DNA of 62,905 bases, filler included, from Rhabdomonas costata (GCA_019059605.1; 45 parts of 45 records of this genome joined end to end with filler, not necessarily neighbours in it), one strand, 5' to 3'; shown: positions 51,706-62,905, counted from the first letter of the whole stretch. A program made the numbers and translations. Notes: a model not told the origin generated them from the letters alone.

Positions 51706-52488
51706 NNNNNNNNNNNNNNNNNNNNNNNNNNNNNNNNNNNNNNNNNNNNTTAATTAATTAANNNNNNNNNNNNNNNNNNNNNNNNNNNNNNNNNNNNNNN
51801 NNNNNGGGGGGGTGTGTGTGTGTTTGGGTTGGTTGGTGGGGATGAAGATTTAAGTGCGCATACAGACCTCAATTAGGGCTTGGACAAGGTCAGTGTCCAG
51901 AAGGTCGCACTGCGTTGGCAGAAGAAAAACAAATGAACAAAAAGAAAATACAGATAAACACAAAAATCAGGTCTTGCTAACTGACATGAATGCCATCCAT
52001 TTACGCTCGCTAGCGAGACAGCGGGACATGCCCGAATAGCTCTCAAAGGGCTTCAGTGACAGCTAAATAAACGGAAAAAGAACCGGAGCCTGTCGGCCCA
52101 CTCCGGTCCCAAGCATGAAGCATGTGGTTCCAACCCCAACCTCTACCCCCATTCATCAAGGAGAATGACAGTTGGGGCAAAGGTCCGACGCAGCACACGA
52201 AGATCAAACTTGAGTGCGGATGGAAGACCCCTGCAGAGCCACATTCGCATGCACACTGAGCTGGGCGTGGTAAACACTGGCGCGGATATGGTCCGGCATC
52301 GAAATCGACTCGAATCCATATTTACGGTATACAACGTTGGTCTCGCTTAGGCGTAAGGGTGAAGGCAGCTCTGGCCCCACCCCAATCAGGTCTGCCCCTA
52401 TAGAACATGGGGGCCAGCAGGTGTCTGATTAAGGACATGCCTTAAGTCTCAAGCACTCGCGAAAACTTGTGATGATAGCATACAAAGT

Positions 52489-52530
<42 letters not shown>

Positions 52531-52531
<1 letters not shown>

Positions 52532-52784
52532 GCATCGCTTTCCACGATCTTCTCCAGCACTGCAGCCCTCTTCTTGGTGGACAGAGCCGCCGGGCCCTCG
52601 GGGTGGTCCGGGGAGGACGACGCGGCGGCGAAGGAGGAGGTGGACGGGCCGTCGTGCGGCCCGGGGTCCAGCGTGGTGTGAGTGTCCATGGCCTCCAAAG
52701 GGTACAGGTAGCACGTCACCGGGCCGTACTGCCACTGCAGCTCCCGCTCCAGCTCCGTAATGCACAGGAACATCCGCGCGTTCC
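52531..52784 (-). CDS. TRPV-like channel exon (end of the ankyrin region and the linker)
   Basis: GNARMF...QWQYGPVTCYLYPLEAMDT...VLEKIV corresponds to the TRPV WxYGPxxxxLYDLxxID...LExIV motif. Confidence 0.75.
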
Positions 52785-53484
52785 CTTAACCCCACCACCA
52801 CCATGACCCCCAGCAGCAGCATTCAACAGAAGGGAGAAAAAGGCATACATTCCACTGCACTGTGACTTGCAGCCAGTTCACGCGCGAGCGGACAGCTGCT
52901 GCCAGGCTAATAAGTCACGGGTAGCAACAGCTTACACACTGAATGGCCTGATATTATAATGGTGATACAATGCCGGAAGGCCGCAGTACTAAGGAATGCG
53001 AAAGGCGTACGGAAGTCAATCCGATAATAGCAATGGCCTCAAGACATGCACGCACGCACGCACGCACGCACGCACATTCGCATACACCTTTCGCAACACA
53101 AACACANNNNNNNNNNNNNNNNNNNNNNNNNNNNNNNNNNNNNNNNNNNNTTAATTAATTAANNNNNNNNNNNNNNNNNNNNNNNNNNNNNNNNNNNNNN
53201 NNNNNNGTTTTTTGGGGAAAAGGCAATAATCCACAGAAAAAGTAGCAACTGAAGAAGTGCATGTGCATGCATACGCGAGAGCAAAGGACTCTGTGCAGAA
53301 GAAGCTGGGGAGAGGGGGGGCTCTGACCCATTCAATAAAGAATTGCACAGCTTTTCTTGATCAGAGAATAGAGAAGGGCGCGAGGAAGGAAGGAAACTAA
53401 AGGACAAGCCAACAAACAAGGATGGAGGGGAAGAAAGCGAAAGAGAGAAGAAGGCGTGGAAAGAGAAGAAAACGCACAGCAAAC

Positions 53485-54488
53485 CCAGGTCAGGTTTAGG
53501 CCCAGGACGTTCTCCATGGCAGTGCGCCACTGAGTCACCGTGACCAGGCCACTGTTGGCGGCATCCAGACTGCGGAAATACCAGTACAGACTCTGGCGAT
53601 TCTGAGCTACCAGGGCAAGGGCCATCCGGACGACGTCCTGCTCTGCGTTCTTCGCGGCGGACTCCCGCACCTCAGCCGCGGAGACAGCCTTCTGCTTCGA
53701 CTCCCACTGCGAACGGGAATGTGCGAGGAAATGAAGGCATAGCATTCCAACTCGTGGCACCATGCGGCAAACGGCAGCTGCATTTCAGCCCGCGATCGAA
53801 AAGGAGGCGAGGAAAAAAGAAGAACAACATATGTGCCTCTTTTGGTGTTTGCGCAGCAACATCGTCATGTCACTCAGTGAAGGTAAGTGGTTTGACCATG
53901 TGCGCAAAAGCGGATTGAGCGTCGTGGAGTATGAAAAAACGGAACCTCAACGTGCAGTGTGGTAGAACGCTTTTAGGCAACCTTGAGGAAGTCATCCAGG
54001 GATGGGGCGTAATACTCGGTGAAGGAGTAGAACCCTGGAGAGGTAAAGGTCATCACCGCTCCCTGATTGCCACACACGTTGCAATAGTTCGACGCGCTGA
54101 ACACCGTAATCAGCCGCCCGTTGTGAAGAATCTCAAACCTGCGACACAGCAAAATATTTCTAATTGCCCGCGGATTTATAGAGATTGGAATCGGGTCAGC
54201 CAAGCAAAAGGACAACCAACAGGTTCTCGAACCAGATTCAATGCAAGTCCGGTTTTTCAGCACGCGACCCGACAAAAGGATCATAAAGCAGAAGAAAAGA
54301 CTGTGCGCAAGGCATTGCTTTGGTGGATTTTTGGTCTCCAGCGGGCTTTCGAATCTTCTCTCACAGCCTGGTTCTAAACACACGGAATGCGCGCACACAC
54401 CCTTGGTTCGTTGAGGGCACCTCATGGCTGCGTACCACCATGCTGAGGTGGTTGTGCTGCAGGAAGGACTCCGTGATGTCGGGCCCAA
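53485..54488 (-). CDS. PPEF: Ser/Thr phosphatase with EF-hands (PPEF/RdgC family), three exons
   Basis: GPDITESFL..N...VVRSHE..G|FEILHNGRLITVFSASNY..GNQGA, then FRSLDAANSGLVTVTQWRTAMENVLGLNLTW. Confidence 0.9.
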
Positions 54489-57400
54489 AAATCCACCAAA
54501 ACAAAANNNNNNNNNNNNNNNNNNNNNNNNNNNNNNNNNNNNNNNNNNNNTTAATTAATTAANNNNNNNNNNNNNNNNNNNNNNNNNNNNNNNNNNNNNN
54601 NNNNNNCACCACCCACCACAGTCACCACCTAAAACTACCGCCCCAGCACCACAACCCATGCATACACCAACGTACACATTTGTCCGTGAACAGTAGCGTT
54701 ACTAAGTCAACGATGCTGCTGTATGATTCTACGAACGAATCGCTTGACAACTTCGGATGAAGCATGTGGAACGAATTATGGTGCCTTTCAAAGTGTAAGT
54801 GCTATTTGTCCTTCAAATCGACAATTTTTGCATTCTGTTTGCCTAGTAATATACCGATAAACCTTGGTTATAAATTACTTCAGTATTTTTAAATTTAAGC
54901 CATTTGATCAATCAGATTGATGAACATGCATCGCAATGGCAAGCTTAAACCACTTTAACTGTGTGGGGGCAGCCAGCTGTAAATTGACCCGGCGGCTGAA
55001 AGCACCAGCCCCCAGCGTGACTTTTCTGTTGAGGCTGGACCACCCGTGGGAACAAACGACCTCACTTCATGGCAACAGAAAGAAGTTGGCAGTTGTGGCC
55101 ATACTTTTCTAGTATCCAAAGAATTTAAAGAAGTCTAGCCTATTACGGAAGACATGCCAAGATGGATCGTAAACCTTAGATACGTCATGGTCCAAATGGT
55201 CCCAATAAATCAACAACCACGAAGGTTGACAACACTACATTGTGTCTCGGTTGTGTAAATCAATCTTGATCTAGGCGTTCAAAAATGTGAGTGGGGTGAT
55301 ACCGTCCAGGGACAGCTTGATTTGAGCACGGTTATTGACTACAAAGCGCTGCCTTGCAAAAAATACAAATATCAGTTTTTGATGAGTTTCTCTTTCAAAA
55401 CAAAAAGTGTGCGTTACAATCAACTTGACCGTGGAGGTGTGGGGGAGTAAAATGAAGAAAAAAAACCCGAATTTTGGAATTTTGCAAGTTGCCCGACCAA
55501 CCTTGACAGCGGTGGCTAAATCCTCAAATGCAGCCCCTTCCCTGGGCGAATGCACACTGATGGAGGGCCGGGCTTTCTGAAGCGCCAGGAACAGCTCCTG
55601 AGTGAGGTTCTGATCCCCCGAGGCCTGCATACGGACCTACAATGAACCCAGCAAAAACCTGCAGCAGGAGCATAGAGGGTTTACAGTATTTGCGCGTCCA
55701 GGGCAGCCTTTGGTAGCCTTGTCCACATCAGCCAAGCATTTGGGCACGGAAGCTCACGAGAGGACACAAAACTGCTTGGTCTGCTGGAGTGGAAAGGAAT
55801 TTTTGCCTTTTTTACCCTTTGCTGCCCATGCTGAACAATATGAGCATGGGAGGCGCACGTGTTCGAATTATATATCATATATCTTTTGATATACACCACA
55901 CCCCCNNNNNNNNNNNNNNNNNNNNNNNNNNNNNNNNNNNNNNNNNNNNTTAATTAATTAANNNNNNNNNNNNNNNNNNNNNNNNNNNNNNNNNNNNNNN
56001 NNNNNGTTGTGGGGGGGTCAGGTTAAAAGGCATATCTATCTCTTTGAAAAGGGGTTGGGCAACAAAATTGCGACAAATCGGGGCTGGCGAAGGTGCAAAT
56101 GCCATGGTGACATGGAAGCCCAAAGCCCTGCTTATGTATAGCGGGGAATTTTTGTCCACTGTCGAGTTAGTTCATCAACGGGGTCCGTGGGAGTTCTCTC
56201 TTTTTCTATATTAATCTATGTATCTCTTGCTGTCCTTTTCTTTTCCTGCATTCATGTTTGCACAGCCCGTGGGCGTGGAACAGCTGCGGGCTCACAGCGC
56301 GGCCGGGGATGAGGAGCAGCTGGCCATGCTAAGGCCTCTGACTGGGGGACCGTCACTTTGCACCCCAGAGGATGCCGGAATCGCTGTGGTGCACACCTGC
56401 CAGTGCGTCTATGAGAGGCTGCAAGAAGGGTAGCTTCTCACAACCCAACCCACCCTCTTCAGCTGCAATGATGTTTCTTCACTCCGTGATCTTTGTTCTT
56501 TTGTCGGTTACTGATCAACCTTATTCTTTAGTACCAATTCAGGCATTATTTGGCATTGTGTTCTGGATTCTCGCTCTTTGCCACGCTGAATTGAACTTTT
56601 TAGTTATCCGCATCGGCGGTGGTTCGCCTTGCAGGGCCCCGTTTCGAAGCTATTACTCCGCTCAGCGGCGGAAGCAAATTGCCTTCCACCTTCGCTCCAT
56701 CTCTGCCGACACCACGAAAGACGCGTCCGACTCTGGTCTTCTTTCTCAATGGCTTGCGTGGATCTGCGGTATATGAAGTCCTTCCGCACTCACACCATTT
56801 ACACAAGGCACGAGTTCCTTCACGCGCACGCTGATGGCCATCATAGCTGGCCCGAGTCAGTGGTCAGCAGTTGAATGCATGACCATTGTCTCAGACCTTC
56901 ACTTCTGATTTCGTAATTTTAACTTGAAATTCCTGGCTAATGCTGTTATGAAGTAGCACAGACTGCATCATAATTCTGTATGAAAGCACGTCAGAGTGTA
57001 AAATTTGGGGGACAGAGAGGGCTGAAAGAAGAAAGCAGATAGTGAGGACCCGAAAGGTGGATGAAAAGTAAAGTGCTCCATAGCGTACAACGCGCGCTGT
57101 CTCGCATGGGGATGCCCATAATCCTGTTGTGAGCTGTAGGGTACCGCACAACAGGAAAGGAATCCCCGCCTGCCCTGCGGGTCCCAGGCATGCAAAAAAA
57201 AAAACGCCCGAAAACGCGCGGCCACCGGCCAGTGCAGCTGCTGCCGAAAAACCCGGCCGCAACCCACGAAAGGAGACCACGAGCAGCGCCTTCATCCAAC
57301 CCAACNNNNNNNNNNNNNNNNNNNNNNNNNNNNNNNNNNNNNNNNNNNNTTAATTAATTAANNNNNNNNNNNNNNNNNNNNNNNNNNNNNNNNNNNNNNN

Positions 57401-57670
57401 NNNNNACCTCGGGATTGCAGGAAGCGTTGTGAGCTATAACTCCCAGGCTAACACGATGATGTCACTGCTTGTTTTCCCCGCGCTTCCTGTCTGTGCGATG
57501 ATCTTTTTTCCGCCCTCTTACTTGAGCACTGGCCCGCAAGACGTCACTCCAGTGGCTACATGCGTAGCTGCAGGGGTTTTTTCGCGTATAGGGGAGGACT
57601 GAGAAGGGGGGGTCAGGGTGAATCCGTTTTTGTTTTAGCGAAGTCTGTCAAGTGGGGTTCCCTGGTTCAG

Positions 57671-58705
57671 GTGCACTGTGTGAGCCGGTGGAAGAGCACT
57701 CCTCCGTTCTACCCCGTGCACTGCGTGTTCTACTCTCGGCTCGCCATGAACGGGCTGAAGGCGGACGTGTGGGTGGTGCGGGCGAGCTCCAAGAACGCCG
57801 CTCGGGTGGAGCCCTTCTGGGAGGAGATGCACCAGGTAGTTATCTCTCTCCGTCCTTTCGTCCCCATGTCTCACCCTCACATTGGATGGCCAACACTGTT
57901 GGCCATGTATGACCAATTTACCGCTATTGCTGTGATCGATGTGAAGGTTGCCTCCTTTTGTTGCGAATGGTGAAGGTAGCCTTACTCCCATCAGGTGCAG
58001 TGCAGGTGTTTACACAGTAATGTCCTAAGAGAAGACCTCTCCCCAAGTGATGTCCGCTCGGGATGCGAGCACCCTGTGGCTTCCAGTGAGCCCGTCCCCA
58101 CCACCAACCCACGTTCCTGTCATATAGAGAGAAAAGGCGCATGTCATACGAGAGGGCACCAACCGATCGTTTTACAGTGGCGGTCACTTTCAGGTTTCAT
58201 CTCAAACGCGCGAGAGTAAGTAAAAAATTAGAGAGCAATAGGGGACGTCGTCGTCGTCATTGAAACAAACCGTCACATGACAACAACAGTAATTTCTGTC
58301 CTCCGTTCAGGAAAAAGAACCATCCGAACCACAAGTCACCTTTTCCCGTCCATCCTCCTTGATCCCACTCACGTCACCGCCTCAAGGCAGGAGGTCACCG
58401 CAGCCCCATGGCTGGGCTCCAGCAGTGCCGGCATTTTGGGCAAGCATCCCTCCATTGCCGCGCCAAATCCCAACAGGATTGCATCGCCCAGCTGCAAGGC
58501 ACCAGCGGAGAGGCGCAGGCAGAGAGCCTGCTGCAGCGCTTCGCGGGGTGCTCACTAGCCCTGCAGGGGTCTGGCGCGGCGGGAGAGGTGCTGCCTCTGG
58601 GAGCTCGGGTGGTGGCTTGCGCCGCGGCACGGGCGCTGTCCGAGGCCGCACCTGAGGACCGACCTGCATGTGAGAGCTTCGTGAAGGCAACTCCCACCAC
58701 CCCCC
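57671..58705 (+). CDS. Two exons of an uncharacterised protein
   Basis: AG/GT-bounded GC-rich exon VHCVSRW...FWEEMHQ, and an Ala-rich exon from about 58390. Confidence 0.5.
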
Positions 58706-58842
58706 NNNNNNNNNNNNNNNNNNNNNNNNNNNNNNNNNNNNNNNNNNNNTTAATTAATTAANNNNNNNNNNNNNNNNNNNNNNNNNNNNNNNNNNNNNNN
58801 NNNNNTGTTGGTTGTCGAATAACTTGTTCAATTTATGGTATG

Positions 58843-59791
58843 AACAATAGTACATACCATAAATTGAACAAGTTATTCGAGAACCAACATCATTACACCA
58901 TATTCCATTATTTATATATACATTATTAGAATTACCACCAGTTATCATAATATTTTCAGAATATACTTGACCTTTAGAATGAACATATAAACCAGTAATT
59001 GTAGTAATAGATGCATATACATTTAACATATTAATAACTAAAGCATCCGGACTATTACAAACTTCAACACCAACACAACAATTTATAATCGCACATTGTT
59101 CAATAAAACTTAATTTTTGACTAACCATAGAAGAAGTAGCAGTTGCAGCACCATCAAAAAATATACCTCGTGCACCATTTAAATAAGCACCAACAATTGT
59201 TAATTTATCCAAAGTACACCATTTACCAATAACAAAAATATCTAAATTTGGATTTTCTGCGACGATAATAGTATTGCCGATAGAGCCTTCAGAACGGATA
59301 GTACATCCGTTCGGAATAATTAATGGATTTTTTTCAACATATGTACCTGGATAAATTGTAAAAATAATATCTTCTTTACCATTGTTAGCAGCTAATGCTT
59401 CTGTTAATGTTTTATAATCATATTGACTTTCAGCCATATTAGAAATATAAATTTCACAAATTTGTCTAGATTTTACTCGAATAAATGCAGTTGAACTATT
59501 AATTGCATCTGTATTATCAGGTGTATACATAATTGTTTTTGTTGTCGGATCTAATAATAAATTAGGTGTCTGTAATGTAGGAGTTGGGACGAAATTAGCA
59601 ATTATAATTTTTACGGTTGCACTATCATCGTCAGACAATGTATCTGTAAAATTAATATAAATATTATCATCGACTGTTTCAATATATAATACAGGATTAT
59701 TAGGTAAGGCTTCAATTAATGCAGTCTGTAATTGTCCAATGTCCAAACCATTAGGAAAATTAGTTGATATAGATTCACATAATGTAAACAT
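58843..59791 (-). CDS. Pectin-lyase-fold (beta-helix) protein of giant-virus type, 3' truncated
   Basis: Intronless, very AT-rich and I/N/T-rich. DYKTLTEAL...IYPGTYVE is a beta-helix cap, and the N-terminal module reads FPNGLDIGQLQ. Confidence 0.8.
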
Positions 59792-59931
59792 TTATATTTA
59801 TAAATCTATATTATTTTATGAGAACTTAGGATACATTGGATAAATAGACTACATTTATACTGTAAATTTATATTTTACAGTGAATAATAACATGAAAAAC
59901 GAAATATAAATTATTAAAAATAATAACAAAA

Positions 59932-59960
59932 TTATATATTTTTGATCTAAAAATATATAA
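59932..59960 (-). terminator. AT-rich palindrome directly after a stop codon (Mimiviridae-type 3'-end hairpin)
   Basis: ttatatattttt-gatct-aaaaatatataa: a perfect 12-bp stem beginning 3 nt after the TGA at 59965-59963. Confidence 0.65.
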
Positions 59961-59962
59961 AT

Positions 59963-60103
59963 TCATATATTATTTAGTCGTACACATTCTGTACAAGCGA
60001 CTTGAAAACCATTTTTATAACCAATGAGATATCCACATGTATATCCTTTAGCATAACTACTAATTTTTTTTTGTGTCATTTCTTTACCTAGATCTTCAAA
60101 AAA
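59963..60103 (-). CDS. C-terminal 46 aa of an upstream AT-rich gene
   Basis: FFEDLGKEMTQKKISSYAKGYTCGYLIGYKNGFQVACTECVRLNNI*, open to the contig edge. Confidence 0.6.
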   Translation of the reverse strand, partial: FFEDLGKEMTQKKISSYAKGYTCGYLIGYKNGFQVACTECVRLNNI

Positions 60104-61605
60104 ATNNNNNNNNNNNNNNNNNNNNNNNNNNNNNNNNNNNNNNNNNNNNTTAATTAATTAANNNNNNNNNNNNNNNNNNNNNNNNNNNNNNNNNNNNNNN
60201 NNNNNTGTTGGGGGGGTTTTGTGGGTTTTTATGGCCACAGCGAAAAATTCTCTAACCGATGGGGGACATTCACTGCATAAATGTCGTTCCGTTCTTTTTT
60301 GCGAATGATTTTGCTTTTTGTTATCTCGGCGACTGCGATCATTTTTGATGGTTCTACTCTTCTCTTCCCTTTTTTCTTTCCTGTCTGCGTTTGATGAGAA
60401 GTCCACGGTCCGTGAACTGCATCAAGTCCCCGCCCCTCCCCTGCCACCAAAAGGCAAAATTAAGTTGTGCACTATCGCAAAGGGCAGTGCTACGGACACT
60501 TACAGCCACAGTCCGCTAAAATGTTCAATGAATACACACAATTTTGAGAAAAAAGAACCAAAAAGAACATAACTTGCGCTTGTTGTTGTGTGGATACCTT
60601 TTTGCAGGCACAAAAAAGTCCTTGGTTTGTGTACGCACATGTGTATTCCAGTTGAAATAGCAGCTCCCTGGGACCACTGAAACCGCATATGCAACCACTT
60701 CTTTCGAATTCCACTATCCCGTTTCCTTCTTTCCTTGAAAAAGGGACTTGACTCAACGTTGCAAAACCAAACCATATAAACATTCCTAAACTATATATAT
60801 GCATCATTTCCAGTACTGGTATTCGCTAAAACAGCCATCCAGCAAGTGCCCCGTACACTTCACAGAGAAATTTCTGGACCCTTGCAAACAGCCTACGCCG
60901 CGTTAAGGGAGTTTCGCGTATTTCGGCCACACAGTCAGCTAATCCTAAAGTGCATGCTGAGGCCCAAGCGTCGCAGTTCGCCTCAATGGCAATGCGAACG
61001 ATCTTCATTTAGCGCGGGACACCTTGAAAATAAGCTCAAGTGCAAGAAGCTCAGAAGGGGGGGGGGCAAAGGAACACGGCATCGTCCCAAATAACCAAGT
61101 TTCGCACAGTGCACTCGAAAAATAAAAAGGTTCGAGAACGGAAAACACGTCGTACGCAAATGCAAAGGCTCCTCTTCTCCCGATTCAAGAGAGAGCCACA
61201 CTATCCCGCACACGATCGCTCAGGCCGCAAGCCCACCCTGAGATCCCCTCAAACGTACTCACGCACGTTTTTCGCTCGCGCACGCCTACGAGTCGAAGAT
61301 CACAAAAGAAAAAGAGAAAAGGAAGAGGAAGAGGCGGAACCCCCATCTGGTCACCGATGCAGCTGTATGAAAATGCACGGACTATGAAAGAAAAGAGAAA
61401 AGAGAAAAGCACGTTGTGAGTTTTGGAGAGTGAGTGGCTTCAAGGGTGTTCCCAGGGTTGCCAGGAAGAGGAAGAACTATATAGTAACTGAAGTGCAGTC
61501 GAGCANNNNNNNNNNNNNNNNNNNNNNNNNNNNNNNNNNNNNNNNNNNNTTAATTAATTAANNNNNNNNNNNNNNNNNNNNNNNNNNNNNNNNNNNNNNN
61601 NNNNN

Positions 61606-62105
61606 ATGGTCATGTCCACGGCCAGATCACGTCCGTGGTGCCACTGGCGAAGCAGGAGGTCGGCTGGCCTCCGTTCCGGGTGCTGAGGAAGCCGCTGCTC
61701 CTTCTCAACGGCCAGACCTGCGAAGGTACACACCTCGAAAACGACGTCTCTGAGGAAGGTGTGTCCTCTGCCAATCGCTCCAGAACCGAGGCACACAACC
61801 GCATGCTGACCCGCGGCATCCCCCAGAGCATGGCACGTGGGGCATCTATAGTCGCCTCCTCGAAGTGGAATGCCAAGGATCCAGCGCAGGCCCGCTCGAA
61901 AGGCGGCGGGGGTCAACTCAGCCCAAGGGCTCGGACCATACGTCCATGCAAGGGCGTGAGGAGTCTGCAAGCTGGAGAGCCTCACTTGACCTACCTCATT
62001 CAGTGAGGAAAACAACCTTTCTGCAGTCTGCGTATGGAGCACAGCTGTGAGTTGTTGCTGCAGGTCTTTCGTGTCTGGTGAGAAGGAAGGGAGAAGATTG
62101 TAAAC
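61606..62105 (-). mobile_element. CRE/SLACS-like non-LTR retrotransposon fragment (zinc knuckle + restriction-like endonuclease), 5'-truncated
   Basis: AFRAGLRWILG, C-x2-C-x9-H-x3-C, RGHTFLRD, VEKE, RPADL and AVDMT. No RT domain upstream; AT-rich DNA lies there instead. Confidence 0.88.
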
Positions 62106-62131
62106 TTTCATTTAAAATAATAACAAAAATA

Positions 62132-62139
62132 AAAATTGA
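62132..62139 (+). promoter_or_regulatory. AAAATTGA Mimiviridae early-promoter motif
   Basis: Exact octamer in an AT-rich tract, about 100 nt upstream of the ATG at 62243. Confidence 0.6.
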
Positions 62140-62242
62140 AATTTTTTATTATTGTAATCCTCTTATATATCGTATTAGATCATAGGATTCGTGTAGTAAT
62201 CAACGAATTTCAAGACTTTGACAAAAACAGCAAATACGAACA

Positions 62243-62794
62243 ATGGCTCAGTCTCAGCGACAATTGTCTGCACGAAAGACAACTACTGACAGACCGACGT
62301 CTTCTTGGCCATTCCCACACATTGTGCAAACTACAGCTGTTACATCGAGTCCAGCAAAGCCACGAACGGCTCCAGGACTACGAACGGCTCCGAAAGCACA
62401 CAAGACATCGGAATCACTGATGAAAGAAATGTGCGATACACATAAAAAATACGAAGACATTGTTGCGTAAATCCGTGTCGACTTTCCAACGTTTAAGATG
62501 AGTGATCATCTGTTTGGTGACACTACACCAAGTGACGTCATCCGCAACAAGAGAGGATCGCAAGGATCGCGCGGTCTACAAGATGCGACGGACGAATACC
62601 GACATACACATGGCTTGGAGGATTCATCCAACAAGGATGTACTAAAGACTGTCACTGTCGAAGTGCGATCTGAGATTTCAAACCGTGCAGTTCAGTTCAA
62701 CAACTTCTATCGTCTTCTTCACGATGCTGCTGTAGCATGGGAAGATTTTGAGGAGGCACACCGTCAACTGTGCAATGCTAGCATGTGCCGTTAG
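62243..62794 (+). pseudogene. Intronless 184-codon putative viral early gene interrupted by an in-frame TAA (62468-62470)
   Basis: ORFs 62243-62470 and 62498-62794 share a frame, and the spacer is open (IRVDFPTFK). Confidence 0.6.
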
Positions 62795-62905
62795 CTTTTC
62801 TTTTTTGCAAACAGCAGAAGCTGTAACTTTTATATGTCAACATAATTTTAATATATAAAATTATGTTGACATATAAAAGTTACAGCTTCTGCTGTTTGCA
62901 AAAAA

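Noticed and set aside
58806-58889. 37-bp inverted repeat at the end of the beta-helix ORF
   Set aside because: It mirrors coding sequence at the contig edge, which indicates that these terminal palindromes are artefacts. The last ORF residues (YHKLNKLFDNQ) are probably not real.
1299-61605. Regularly spaced TTAATTAATTAA resembling a repeat array or CRISPR, and ORFs ending in X..LIN
   Set aside because: This is a synthetic linker embedded in N runs. The spacing reflects size-sorted contigs.
51-62420. Most of the short six-frame ORFs
   Set aside because: They are shadow or intronic frames, many starting at GTG/TTG, which is not meaningful for a spliced eukaryotic genome.
62468-62470. TAA reassignment (alternative genetic code)
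   Set aside because: The host GDP-fucose synthase ends at TAA in the expected position, and recognisable exons contain no internal TAA/TAG.
1-62905. Treating neighbouring genes (for example the receiver domain and ZNFX1, or the two viral-like contigs) as a cluster
   Set aside because: They are separated by linkers, so their order is arbitrary.
62801-62905. Perfect 50-bp-arm palindrome as a hairpin telomere or genome terminus
   Set aside because: It runs exactly to the contig end, and fold-backs are common here. Only the AT-rich core may be a genuine post-stop hairpin, so it is used as weak support only.
1-62905. rRNA, tRNA, spliced-leader RNA genes or CRISPR arrays
   Set aside because: None recognised by eye. 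A covariance-model scan would be needed to exclude small RNAs.

Overview
This window is not continuous DNA. It is an artificial concatenation of about 45 unrelated contigs of roughly 1.3 kb each, joined by a 100-nt linker (44 N + TTAATTAATTAA + 44 N), so nothing can be inferred from adjacency across linkers. Most contigs come from an intron-rich, GC-moderate protist nuclear genome. Recognisable exons include GDP-fucose synthase, a C69 dipeptidase, a GH3 hexosaminidase, TOR, a ZNFX1-like helicase, a PPEF phosphatase and a TRPV-like channel, plus START, PDZ, EF-hand, receiver, HxGH nucleotidyltransferase and ART-like domains. GT-AG and GC-AG introns occur together with at least one stem-loop intron lacking GT/AG. 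That intron has the euglenid non-conventional signature (CAG at +4..+6, CTG at -8..-6), and its removal creates the ATG, so I infer a euglenid host. Mobile DNA includes a Ty3/Gypsy integrase and a CRE-like RLE non-LTR retrotransposon. The strongest signal is giant-virus-like (Mimiviridae-type) DNA in two contigs. One is AT-rich and intronless, with a beta-helix gene and a post-stop hairpin. In the other, a 5'-truncated retrotransposon directly abuts an AAAATTGA promoter followed by a gene broken by an in-frame stop, which is what a decaying endogenous giant virus would look like. All family assignments come from motif recognition, not database searches.
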